Made by a program: the position numbers and the translations under genes. Below the pieces are notes generated by a model. It was not told the origin of the DNA, did no database searches, and was given only the letters and a program-made list of their open reading frames with translations. A DNA stretch of 64,000 nt from Phycisphaerales bacterium (GTDB lineage: Bacteria; Planctomycetota; Phycisphaerae; Phycisphaerales; UBA1924), in the NCBI GenBank assembly GCA_040902425.1, contig JBBDXI010000070.1:259-64258 (forward strand), read 5' to 3'. Shown one piece after another: positions 17,456 through 26,067 of this stretch; the first letter of the stretch is position 1, and each line of letters opens with the position of its first letter.

Positions 17456-18268
17456 ATGCCCAGGGCGATCGTCATCCGCACGGCGGGCACGAACTGCGAC
17501 GGCGAGCTCATGCGGGCGTTCTCGCTGGCGGGGGCGGAGCCGGAGCTGGTCCACCTGGACCGGCTGATCCGCGAGCCGGGGTCGCTGGAGCGGTTCGACC
17601 TGATCGGGTTCCCCGGCGGGTTCAGCTACGGGGATGACATCGCCTCGGGGCGCATCTTCGCGATGCGCATCCGGGAGCGGCTGTACCCGGCGCTGCGGGG
17701 CGCGGTCGAGCGCGGCGTGCCGGTGATCGGCGTGTGCAACGGGTTCCAGGTGCTGGTCCAGGTGGGGCTCCTGCCCGGGCCGCGGGCCGGCGAGCCGTGG
17801 CCAACCGACCGGCCTCCGGCGCAGACCGTGGCCCTCGCCGAGAACGTCGGGGCCCGCTTCGTGGACCGCTGGGTCCCCGTCCGCTTCGAGCCCGGCTCCC
17901 GCTGTATCTGGACCCGCGGCCTTGCCGGGGCCCGCCACGATGCCGACGCCGACATCATGCAGCTCCCCGTGGCCCATGGCGAGGGCCGTTTCATCGCCGA
18001 GAGCCCCGAGTTGCTCGCGGAGCTGGAGCGGTCCGGCCAGGTGGCCCTGCGGTACCTCGACAACTACAACGGCTCGCAGGGCGCGATCGCGGGGGTCTCG
18101 GATGCGTCCGGGCTGGTCTTCGGCCTCATGCCCCACCCCGAGCGGTACCTCGAGTGGGACCGCCACCCGTACTGGACCCGCCTTTCGGCCGATGTCACCG
18201 GCGGGCCCACCCCGGGCCTGCGGCTGTTTCAGAACGCCGTTGAGGCCGTCGCCCGGATGCCCGTCTAG
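17456..18268 (+). CDS. purQ: Phosphoribosylformylglycinamidine synthase subunit PurQ (glutaminase)
   Basis: Contains AIVIRTAGTNCDGE, GFPGGFSYGDD, GVCNGFQVL and MPHPER. Confidence 0.9.
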   Translation: MPRAIVIRTAGTNCDGELMRAFSLAGAEPELVHLDRLIREPGSLERFDLIGFPGGFSYGDDIASGRIFAMRIRERLYPALRGAVERGVPVIGVCNGFQVLVQVGLLPGPRAGEPWPTDRPPAQTVALAENVGARFVDRWVPVRFEPGSRCIWTRGLAGARHDADADIMQLPVAHGEGRFIAESPELLAELERSGQVALRYLDNYNGSQGAIAGVSDASGLVFGLMPHPERYLEWDRHPYWTRLSADVTGGPTPGLRLFQNAVEAVARMPV

Positions 18269-18312
18269 CGCCGGCTGCAACCCGGGCCGCCCCGCACGGG
18301 AACAACTCCCGC

Positions 18313-19470
18313 ATGCCCATCGACCCCCGCGAGCTGCGGCCCACGAAACGGACCTTCGTGGACATCGTGGACACCGACCGCCCCTGCGGGCGGTGCGGGT
18401 ACAGCCTGAGGGGGCTGCCGACGAACGGCAAGTGCCCGGAGTGCGGCCTGCCGATCGGCCACCGCGCCCGAAAGGGGGCCCGCCGATTCGCGGACAACCT
18501 TACCGACGCCCCGCTGATGTACCTGAAGACCCTTGCCTGGGGCGCGGGGCTGCTGGCGGTGTGCTCCGTGGTCGCGGCGGTGGGGTTGTCGGTTCTCGTC
18601 CGCACCGGCAGCCCGGTCGCCGCGGCCGTGGCTGGGGCTGCCTCCATCGGCTGGTGGACGGGCGTGTTCATCTGCACGGCGCAGCGCCCGATCGACGTGG
18701 GGACGCTCCGCGATGTCTTCCTCGAGTCGGTCCCCCTCCGCTGGACCAACCGGGTTCTGCAGTCGGCCTGGCCGGCGGCCGCCGTTGCCTACTTCGCCGC
18801 CACCCGCGCCCCCGCCCCGATGGATGAGGTGTTCGGGTGGGCCGGCCTCATGCTTCAGATCATCGCCCTGATCGGCCTGATCCCGCTCTCGGTCCAGCTT
18901 TCCTCGCTGGGCGACTGGGCGGGGGACACCGGCCTGGCCGACCGCTTCCGCCTCGCCGCCTCGCTCCTGGCGATCTTCGGAGTCGTCGCCGTCGCGAGCG
19001 CGATCGTGCGCAAGGCCGAACTCGAGGGGATCTGGCTGGCCGTCCGCATCGCCGGCATCTGGGCCTGGCTTGGCATGGTCTGCGTCGAGCTGTTGTTCCT
19101 CTTCTGCCTCTACCAGTTGGCGAACATCTCGGTGTGGGCGATCCGCAACTCGGTGACGGCGCACGAGGTCGCCACGCGTATCGCCGCCCGCCAGGGCGAC
19201 GTGCTGGCGCACCGGGAGTGTGCGGAGTGCGGGTACGACCTGGCGGGGCTCTCGGTGTACGACCGCTGCCCGGAGTGCGGGCACCTGGATGAGTCGGTGA
19301 AGCAGTCCGGGCTCTTTGCCCTGCGGCAGGTCCGCGAGGCGGCCGAGGGTGCGGTGGCGGACGACAGCCCCATCCCGCTGGTGGGCAAGGAGGGGCGCCC
19401 CCCGCTCCGCATCACCTCGCCCGAGCCCATCAAGGCGGGTCGCCGCCAGCCCCCGCGGCCGGCCACCTAA
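18313..19470 (+). CDS. Hypothetical polytopic membrane protein flanked by two CxxC...CPECG zinc-ribbon motifs
   Basis: N-terminal CGRCGYSLRGLPTNGKCPECG and C-terminal CAECGYDLAGLSVYDRCPECG, with several hydrophobic helices between them. Confidence 0.6.
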   Translation: MPIDPRELRPTKRTFVDIVDTDRPCGRCGYSLRGLPTNGKCPECGLPIGHRARKGARRFADNLTDAPLMYLKTLAWGAGLLAVCSVVAAVGLSVLVRTGSPVAAAVAGAASIGWWTGVFICTAQRPIDVGTLRDVFLESVPLRWTNRVLQSAWPAAAVAYFAATRAPAPMDEVFGWAGLMLQIIALIGLIPLSVQLSSLGDWAGDTGLADRFRLAASLLAIFGVVAVASAIVRKAELEGIWLAVRIAGIWAWLGMVCVELLFLFCLYQLANISVWAIRNSVTAHEVATRIAARQGDVLAHRECAECGYDLAGLSVYDRCPECGHLDESVKQSGLFALRQVREAAEGAVADDSPIPLVGKEGRPPLRITSPEPIKAGRRQPPRPAT

Positions 19471-19478
19471 AGTTGCTT

Positions 19479-20714
19479 ATGCCGGGCGCAACCAAGGGCA
19501 AGGTGCTGGTGGCGATGTCCGGCGGCGTGGACTCGTCCGTGGCCGCGGCGCTGCTGGTGCGCGCGGGGTACGAGGTGGTGGGGTGCTTCATGCGGCTGGG
19601 GTCTCCGGGGGAGACGCTGGATGAGCTCATCCCTGCCTCGGAGGGGTGTACCGGACCGGGCTCATCGGCTCGGAGAGCCGACCTACCCAGGATCGGCCAC
19701 CAGGGGTGCTGCTCCATCACCGACGCCGCGGACGCCCGCGCGGTCGCCGCCGAGCTGGGGATCCCCCTCTACGTCTGCAACTTCAAGAAGGACTTCGGGC
19801 GGATCATCGACTATTTCGTGGATGAGTACGCCGCGGGGCGGACGCCTAACCCCTGCATCCGCTGCAACGACTGGCTGAAGTTCGGGAAGCTGCACGACTA
19901 CGCGGCGTCCATCGGCGCCGACTTCGTCGCCAGCGGGCACTACGCCCGCGTCCTCCCCGGGATCAGTGGCACAGGCGTCCCGCCTGTGTCCTCATCAGAT
20001 TCCCTTCGCCTCCTGCGCGGCCTCGACCACGCCAAGGACCAGTCCTACGTCCTCTTCGGCGTCCCGCGCGGGCGGCTCGCCCGAATGCTCCTCCCCATCG
20101 GGGGCCTGGAGAAGCCGCGCGTCCGCGCGCTGGCCCACGAGATGGGGCTGCCGGTGTTCGACAAGCCCGACAGCCAGGAGATCTGCTTCGTCCCTGACAA
20201 CGACTACGCCGGGCTCGTCGAGCGGCGCCGGCCGGCGCTGGCGGCTGCGGGGCCGATCGTGGATGAGGCCGGGCGCGAGGTCGGGCGGCACGGCGGCCAG
20301 CACCGGTTCACGATCGGCCAGCGCCGGGGCCTGTCGCTCTCGCTGGGGCACCCGGTGTACGTGGTCGGGCGCGACGCGGCGACGAACACCGTAACAGTGG
20401 GGGCGCGCGAAGGCCTCGCCTCCACCGGCTGCACCGCCTCCGAGGCGAACTGGCTCGTCGAGGGCTGGGCCGGCCCTCAGTGGCGGCCCTGCATCGCCAA
20501 GTACCGCTACAACACGCCCGCGGTCAGCGCCCTGGCCCGGGCGTTGGACGATGTTCCCGGGGCCGGCCCATCCGGACGGCGCGGGCGCTTCGAGGTCCGC
20601 TTCAGCGAGCCGCAGCAGGCGGTTGCCCCGGGACAGGCCGTGGTGCTCTATGACGCGGAGGACCCGGATGTGGTCCTCGGCGGAGGGTGGATCGCGGGGA
20701 CCGCGGCCGCGTAG
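19479..20714 (+). CDS. mnmA: tRNA 2-thiouridine(34) synthase MnmA
   Basis: Contains KVLVAMSGGVDSSVAA (PP-loop), NPCIRCN, SGHYAR and KDQSYVLF. The track start at TTG 19473 is two codons upstream of the ATG at 19479. Confidence 0.9.
   Translation: MPGATKGKVLVAMSGGVDSSVAAALLVRAGYEVVGCFMRLGSPGETLDELIPASEGCTGPGSSARRADLPRIGHQGCCSITDAADARAVAAELGIPLYVCNFKKDFGRIIDYFVDEYAAGRTPNPCIRCNDWLKFGKLHDYAASIGADFVASGHYARVLPGISGTGVPPVSSSDSLRLLRGLDHAKDQSYVLFGVPRGRLARMLLPIGGLEKPRVRALAHEMGLPVFDKPDSQEICFVPDNDYAGLVERRRPALAAAGPIVDEAGREVGRHGGQHRFTIGQRRGLSLSLGHPVYVVGRDAATNTVTVGAREGLASTGCTASEANWLVEGWAGPQWRPCIAKYRYNTPAVSALARALDDVPGAGPSGRRGRFEVRFSEPQQAVAPGQAVVLYDAEDPDVVLGGGWIAGTAAA
19964..19988 (+). repeat. 25-nt palindromic element inserted in frame in mnmA
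   Basis: CAGTGGCACAGGCGTCCCGCCTGTG (stem CACAGGCG / CGCCTGTG, loop TCC). It is identical to the reverse complement of 56618-56642 and encodes SGTGVPPV. Confidence 0.75.
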
Positions 20715-20829
20715 AGAGCCGCCGGGCGGCGACTAGAATGCGATTCGGGTGTGTTTCTGCTCGGGCGGCCGAAGCCGGCTCGCCGTTGGCACCCGGTCTT
20801 CACCGCACGAATCCGCCCCGGAGGGACCC

Positions 20830-22008
20830 ATGACCACTCAACCCGTGATCCTCGCCGCCAAGCGCACCCCCATCGGCCGCTTCTTTGGCGGCCTCAGCAG
20901 GGTTCCCTCGCCGCAGCTGGGGGCCTACGCCATCCAGGCCGTCCTCGCTGAGAACCCCGGGCTCAAGGACACGGTGGATGAGGTGATCATGGGGTGCGTG
21001 CTGCAGGCGGGGCTGGGGCAGAACCCGGCGCGGCAGGCAGCCCTGAAGGCCGGGCTGCCGGAGACGATGTCTGCGGTCACGGTGAACAAGGTGTGCGGGT
21101 CCGGCCTCCAGGCCGTCATGCAGGCCGCGCAGACGATCAGGGCGGGTGACAACCGGCTGGTGATCGCGGGGGGGTTCGAGAACATGACGGCGGCGCCGCA
21201 CTTCGCCCGCATCCGCGAGGGCGTGAAGTTCGGGCAGGCGGCCATGGAAGACCACATGCAGTTCGACGGGCTGCGGTGCGCGTTCGAGTGCTGGGGGATG
21301 ACCAACGCGGCCGACCACATCGCCAAGAAGTACGAGGTGAGCCGGGCGGAGCAGGACCGCTTCTCCGCCCAGAGCCACCAGCGGGCGGCCGAGGCGACGA
21401 AGCAGGGCTGGTTCAAGGGCGAGATCGTCGCCCTGACCGGCGAGCAGTGCCTCGACAAGAAGTCCCCGGGCGTCGCCGCCGACGAGGGTATCCGCGCCGA
21501 CTCGACCGCGGAGGGCCTCGGCAAGCTTCGCCCGGTGCCCGGCCACGAGTCCATCACCGCCGGCAACGCCAGCCAGATCAGCGACGGGGCCGCGGCCCTG
21601 GTGGTGGCCAGCAGCACGCGGGCCGAGGAACTGGGCCTCAAGCCGATCGCGAAGATCGTCGCCTACCACACCAGCGGCGTGGCCCCCAAGGACATCTTCG
21701 CCGCCCCGATCAGCGGGATCGAGGGCGTGCTGAAGAAGGCGGGGTTGACGGTGAAGGACATCGACCTGTTCGAGATCAACGAGGCCTTCGCCGCGCAGGT
21801 GCTGTGCAACGTGAAGGCGCTCAGCATCGACGAGAAGAAGCTCAACATCTGCGGCGGCGGCGTCGCCCTCGGCCATCCTATCGGCGCCAGCGGCGCCCGC
21901 GTCCTGACCACCCTCATCCACCAGCTCCGCCGCACCGGCGGCAAGCGCGGCCTCGCGGCCCTGTGCCTGGGCGGGGGGAACGCGGTGGCGATCGTGGTGG
22001 AGGTCTAA
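20830..22008 (+). CDS. Acetyl-CoA C-acetyltransferase (thiolase II)
   Basis: Starts MTTQPVILAAKRTPIGRF and contains VNKVCGSGLQA (active-site Cys) and CGGGVALGHPIGASGAR...LCLGGG. The 392-aa length is typical. Confidence 0.9.
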   Translation: MTTQPVILAAKRTPIGRFFGGLSRVPSPQLGAYAIQAVLAENPGLKDTVDEVIMGCVLQAGLGQNPARQAALKAGLPETMSAVTVNKVCGSGLQAVMQAAQTIRAGDNRLVIAGGFENMTAAPHFARIREGVKFGQAAMEDHMQFDGLRCAFECWGMTNAADHIAKKYEVSRAEQDRFSAQSHQRAAEATKQGWFKGEIVALTGEQCLDKKSPGVAADEGIRADSTAEGLGKLRPVPGHESITAGNASQISDGAAALVVASSTRAEELGLKPIAKIVAYHTSGVAPKDIFAAPISGIEGVLKKAGLTVKDIDLFEINEAFAAQVLCNVKALSIDEKKLNICGGGVALGHPIGASGARVLTTLIHQLRRTGGKRGLAALCLGGGNAVAIVVEV

Positions 22009-22074
22009 CCTCGCGACAACAGGCAGGGGGCTAGGCTCGGCGAGGCCGCGAGCGGATTGCGACTCAGCCGTCTC

Positions 22075-22620
22075 TCAGATCAGCGCCGCGGGGAATACGA
22101 AGTGCAGGACGACGAAGTCCGGTTCCGCGAAGAAATCATTTGTCCCCCACGTTTCTCGTCCTAAGTGCGGGTAGACCTCGACAACATCACTTCCGCGCAC
22201 GCCTTGCGGCAGGCCAGGGTAGTCCACCAGAGCGCCGCTGTTGTGCGACGCGATCACGCGGCCATCCCGTAACTTCATCTTGAATACGGCGTAGCCCATC
22301 CCCGATTCACCGGCGTCATAGAGCGCGTTCGCCAGTCCGCGAGGGAGGCGCCACGGCGTCTCTTCGATAAGCGCGATGTCCTCGAGCGCAATGCCCTTGC
22401 TCCTGAGGCCGTGTGCCTCCTCGATAAGCAGAGCCCGCTCGATCACGCTCGTGTCGATCAGCACCAGTTTGCAAGGGTAGATGCGGCTGTGACGGTCCCG
22501 CGAAGGCGCGATACGCTGAAGTTGATCCACGAGCCGCGGCGGAAGAATGTTTGCCGGTGCGAAGCCCATTCCTGGATGGTAACGCTTCTCCTCCAGACGC
22601 TGCCAAATGCGCAGCGTCAC
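22075..22620 (-). CDS. Hypothetical protein (lower GC than its neighbours)
   Basis: The ORF lies directly downstream of pgi, and a GTG at 22620 overlaps the pgi stop (GTGA). An alternative ATG is at 22569. I recognise no motif. A 60-nt sample at 22081-22140 is about 58% GC. Confidence 0.5.
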   Translation of the reverse strand: MTLRIWQRLEEKRYHPGMGFAPANILPPRLVDQLQRIAPSRDRHSRIYPCKLVLIDTSVIERALLIEEAHGLRSKGIALEDIALIEETPWRLPRGLANALYDAGESGMGYAVFKMKLRDGRVIASHNSGALVDYPGLPQGVRGSDVVEVYPHLGRETWGTNDFFAEPDFVVLHFVFPAALI

Positions 22621-24134
22621 CCCCTGATCACCCACCGACTCGCCGCCAGCGTCTTCTCCACCGTCGTCCTCCACTTCTCGTACCCCGGCCGCCCCATCAG
22701 GCCGAAGGTCGCCAGCTTCCCCGTCTCCACCGCCGGCTGGTTGTACGCGTCGATGTTCAGCATCAGCCCCGCGTACGCCGTTGCCACCTCCCACAGGTAG
22801 ATGAACTGCCCGACGTGGAACGCGTCGATCCGCGGCCAGCGGATGGTCAGGTTCGGCCGCTGGCTCTCGACTAGGGCGTACTCCGTCGCCCTCTTCTCTG
22901 CGTTGAGCAGGGACGTCATGCTCCTGCCCTCGAGATACTTGATCGCCTCGACGCCGAGGCCGGTGGGGATGGTCACATCCCCCGGTGGCACAGGCGTCCA
23001 GCCGGTGGCTGCGCTGCCGCTCGTCCGAACAGGCGGGGCGCCTGTGCCACCGAAATCCTCAACCTCCAGCAGGCAGAACACCTTGTCGTTCGGCCCCTCC
23101 CGGTACAGCTGCACCTGCGAATGCTGGTCCGTCGTCCCCAGCGCCTTGATCGGCGTGAACCCCGCGTACACCGTCTCGCCGGACAGGTCCACCTGCTTCC
23201 CGAGGCTTTCCGCCCACAGCTGCCGGAACCAGTCCGCCAGGTAGTACAGGGCGTTGGAATACGGCATCATCACGTGGCAGGTTTTGCCTTTGGTGTTTCC
23301 CAGCTCCACCAGCAGGAACGCCAGCATGGCCGCGGGGTTCTCCGCGAGGGCCTCGCGCGAGCAGGGGGCATCCATCGCGGCGGCCCCGTCGAGGAGGGCG
23401 TTGATGTCGATGCCGCACATGGCGGCGGAAAACAGCCCCACGGGCGAGAGGACGCTGAAGCGGCCGCCGACGCCCTCGGGCACCGGCAGCGTCGCGAACC
23501 CCTCGGCGTCGCAGATCTGCCTCATCGTGCCGGCCTTGGGGTCGGTGATCGCGACGACGTTGTCCTTGTAGGCGGGGCCGAGCTCGCGCTTGAGGCGGTC
23601 GCGGATGACCATGAACTGAGCGGCGGTCTCGGCTGTCTCGCCGGACTTGCTGACCACGTTGAAGCAGGTGCGCTTGAGGCCGCCGCCGGCGGCGCAGAGG
23701 CCGAGGACGGACCCGAAGAAGTGCGGGTCCACATTGTCCACGACGAAGCAGCGGGGGCCGGCACGCGTGGCCGGCGGGATGCCTGTGCCACCGGAATCGG
23801 CGGGGGGGAGCAGGTTGTAGGTGTGGGGGTTGAGCGAGCCCTGGAGCGCGATGTTGCCGAGGGCCGAGCCGCCGATGCCCAGGACCACGAGGTTGTCGAA
23901 CCGGCCCCGGCAGCGCTCGACCGTCCCCGTGACGGCCTTCACGTGATCTTCGCGCATCTTGCCGTGGGGCAGGTCGCGCCAGCGCTCCCAGCCCGTGCCG
24001 CGGGTCTTCGCGAGGCGGGGGGTGTGGGAGGCGACCGCGCGGGCGCCCTCGCCGTGGGAGTCGAGCGCGGCCGCGTCGAGGCCGTGATTCCCGACGCGCT
24101 CGGCGAGGCAGTTGGCGAAGTCCAGCGTGAGCAT
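22617..24134 (-). CDS. pgi: Glucose-6-phosphate isomerase
   Basis: 505-aa ORF containing LVVLGIGGSALG, VVSKSGETAET and GGRFSVLS motifs. It carries three in-frame copies of the palindromic element. Confidence 0.9.
   Translation of the reverse strand: MLTLDFANCLAERVGNHGLDAAALDSHGEGARAVASHTPRLAKTRGTGWERWRDLPHGKMREDHVKAVTGTVERCRGRFDNLVVLGIGGSALGNIALQGSLNPHTYNLLPPADSGGTGIPPATRAGPRCFVVDNVDPHFFGSVLGLCAAGGGLKRTCFNVVSKSGETAETAAQFMVIRDRLKRELGPAYKDNVVAITDPKAGTMRQICDAEGFATLPVPEGVGGRFSVLSPVGLFSAAMCGIDINALLDGAAAMDAPCSREALAENPAAMLAFLLVELGNTKGKTCHVMMPYSNALYYLADWFRQLWAESLGKQVDLSGETVYAGFTPIKALGTTDQHSQVQLYREGPNDKVFCLLEVEDFGGTGAPPVRTSGSAATGWTPVPPGDVTIPTGLGVEAIKYLEGRSMTSLLNAEKRATEYALVESQRPNLTIRWPRIDAFHVGQFIYLWEVATAYAGLMLNIDAYNQPAVETGKLATFGLMGRPGYEKWRTTVEKTLAASRWVIRG
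22983..23052. repeat. 70-nt composite palindromic element inside pgi (perfect 14-nt terminal inverted repeats)
   Basis: CGGTGGCACAGGCG (22983-22996) and CGCCTGTGCCACCG (23039-23052) are exact reverse complements. The right end contains the full hairpin ACAGGCG-GGG-CGCCTGT. In pgi the element reads GGTGAPPVRTSGSAATGWTPVPPG. Confidence 0.7.
23771..23794 (-). repeat. Degenerate copy of the palindromic element inside pgi
   Basis: The minus strand reads CCGGTGGCACAGGCATCCCGCCGG, matching the consensus over GGTGGCACAGGC.TCCCGCC. It encodes GGTGIPPA. Confidence 0.55.
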
Positions 24135-24209
24135 GCGGACAGGATAGCGGGACAGCGAGGCAGCGAGACAGCTCTCCTGATCTGTCTCGATCTCCTATCC
24201 TCCCGCCCC

Positions 24210-24773
24210 ATGGTCCACCCCTGGCACGACGTGACGCCCGGCATCGAGGGCTACGACCTCCCCCTTCGCTTCCGCGCTGTCATCGAGATCCCGCGGGGGA
24301 GCAGCAACAAATACGAGCTGGACAAGAGCACGGGCCTCATCAAGCTCGACCGCGTGCTCTCCTCGGCCGTCTACTACCCCGCCAACTACGGCTTCATCCC
24401 CCAGACGCTGGCCGAGGATGACGACCCGCTGGATGTGCTGGTCTACTCGACGGAGGAGATCCCGCCGCTGACGCTGTGCAACGCCCGGACGGTGGGGCTC
24501 ATGTCGATGATCGACCAGGGGAAGCCGGACCACAAGATCATCGCGGTGCTCTGCGAGGACCCGATCTACTCGGAGTTCCAGAAGGCCAGCGACTTCCCCA
24601 AGCACATCTTCAAGATGCTCCGGACGTTCTTCGAGGACTACAAGATGCTGGAGGGCAAGGAGGTTGCGGTGGACGAGATCATGCCGGCCGAGCCGGCGAT
24701 GGCGATCATCGAGGATGCGCTGGTGGGGTACGAGCGGGCACGCCGGACGGGGGCGATGAAGGGGCTGAAGTAG
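24210..24773 (+). CDS. ppa: Inorganic pyrophosphatase (family I)
   Basis: Starts MVHPWHDV and contains IEIPRGSSNKYE, YPANYGFIPQT and DGDPLDVLV-like DDDPLDVLV. Confidence 0.93.
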   Translation: MVHPWHDVTPGIEGYDLPLRFRAVIEIPRGSSNKYELDKSTGLIKLDRVLSSAVYYPANYGFIPQTLAEDDDPLDVLVYSTEEIPPLTLCNARTVGLMSMIDQGKPDHKIIAVLCEDPIYSEFQKASDFPKHIFKMLRTFFEDYKMLEGKEVAVDEIMPAEPAMAIIEDALVGYERARRTGAMKGLK

Positions 24774-24874
24774 GGCCGGGGCGGCCGGGCCGGGGGCGCG
24801 TGGGCGGGGAGGCTCGTCGGCCGGTCCCGGTCATCCCGATCATGGCCGAGTCATGGCCGAGTCGTGCCCGTATC

Positions 24875-25438
24875 ATGGCGGCCATGTTCCCCGAGCTGGA
24901 CCGGGTTCTGATTGACCAGGAGCGCATCGGCGCCCGCGTGCGGGCGCTGGGGCAGGAGATCTCGCGCGACCTGCTGGCGGACATCGCACGGACGGGGAAC
25001 GAGCAGATCGTGCTGGTGCCGATCCTGACGGGGTCGGTGGTCTTCGTGGCCGACCTGATCCGCCACATGCCCCTGAAGCTCTCGCTGGGGGTTGTCGCGG
25101 TGTCGAGCTACCCGGGGAAGAGCCTGCAGAGCAAGGGCGCGGCGATCCGGGGGGAGATCCCGCCGGGGCTGGCGGGCAAGCACGTCCTGATCGTCGACGA
25201 CATCCTCGACACGGGGCGGACGCTGTCGCTGGTGCGGTCGGTGATCGCGGAGCAGAAGCCGGCATCCCTGCGGCTGTGCGTGCTGCTGCGCAAGCTGATC
25301 GCCCGTGAGGAGGAGGTTGCGGCCGAGTACGTCGGCTTCGACATCCCCGACGAGTTCGTGGTGGGGTACGGGCTGGACTTCGACGGGTACTACCGGAACT
25401 ACCCGGGGGTGGCGGTTCTCAAGAGGGAGGCCCGGTGA
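24875..25438 (+). CDS. hpt: Hypoxanthine phosphoribosyltransferase
   Basis: Contains VLIVDDILDTGRTL (PRPP motif) and EFVVGYGLDFDGYYRNYP. The start is among ATG 24842, 24875 and 24884. Confidence 0.88.
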   Translation: MAAMFPELDRVLIDQERIGARVRALGQEISRDLLADIARTGNEQIVLVPILTGSVVFVADLIRHMPLKLSLGVVAVSSYPGKSLQSKGAAIRGEIPPGLAGKHVLIVDDILDTGRTLSLVRSVIAEQKPASLRLCVLLRKLIAREEEVAAEYVGFDIPDEFVVGYGLDFDGYYRNYPGVAVLKREAR

Positions 25439-26067
25439 GCGTCCGGCCGGTCGTGATCGGCCTGGCGGGGGGGATCGGGTCGGGCAAGAGCCGCGTGGCG
25501 GCGGAGCTGGGGCGGCTCGGAGCGGTCGTGCTCGACTCCGACGCCGAGGCCCGGGCCGCCCTGGAGCGCCCGGAGATACGGGGCACGCTCCGGGAGTGGT
25601 GGGGGCCCGCCGTGCTCAACGCCGACGGCTCGGTGAACCGGGGCGGGATCGCCCGGATCGTCTTCGGCGACGCGGAGCAGCGCCGTCGTCTCGAGGGCCT
25701 CATTCACCCGCTCGTGAAGCGCACCCGCGCCGAGGCCATCCGCGCCGCCCGCGAGGCCGGCGCCCCCGCCGTGGTGATCGATGCGCCCCTCCTGTTCGAG
25801 GCGGGCGTCGACGCCGAGTGCGACGCGGTGATCTTCGTGCAGGCGCCGCTCCGCCTCCGCATGGCACGCGTCAGCTCGGCGCGCGGCTGGGATGAGGCCG
25901 AACTCAGCCGGCGCGAGGCACACCAGCTCCCTCTGGCGGAGAAGCGCCGCCGGTCCGGTTTCGTTATCCAGAATACCGGCAGCGAAAGCGACCTGGAGAC
26001 TGAGGTCGCCCGGGCGTACAGGCGGATTCTGGCCGGCGGCGGAACGCGGCCGCCCCGGGCGGCGTAG
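25435..26067 (+). CDS. coaE: Dephospho-CoA kinase
   Basis: Contains VIGLAGGIGSGKS (P-loop) and IHPLV. The GTG start overlaps the hpt stop (GTGA). Confidence 0.88.
   Translation: MSVRPVVIGLAGGIGSGKSRVAAELGRLGAVVLDSDAEARAALERPEIRGTLREWWGPAVLNADGSVNRGGIARIVFGDAEQRRRLEGLIHPLVKRTRAEAIRAAREAGAPAVVIDAPLLFEAGVDAECDAVIFVQAPLRLRMARVSSARGWDEAELSRREAHQLPLAEKRRRSGFVIQNTGSESDLETEVARAYRRILAGGGTRPPRAA

Noticed and set aside
14078-18280. 1400-aa minus-strand ORF spanning the beta-propeller gene and purQ
   Set aside because: It has an extreme Arg/Pro/His/Gln composition and no domains. It lies opposite two plus-strand genes with clear motifs, so it is a typical high-GC antisense artefact. The same reasoning applies to 4569..7256(-), 3967..5814(-), 28236..30722(-), 43523..45982(-), 58870..60687(+) and similar ORFs.
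24841-24862. 11-bp tandem duplication CATGGCCGAGT x2 upstream of hpt
   Set aside because: It is real in the sequence but short, with no evident consequence other than adding an alternative in-frame ATG. It is likely a slippage scar and is not reported as a finding.
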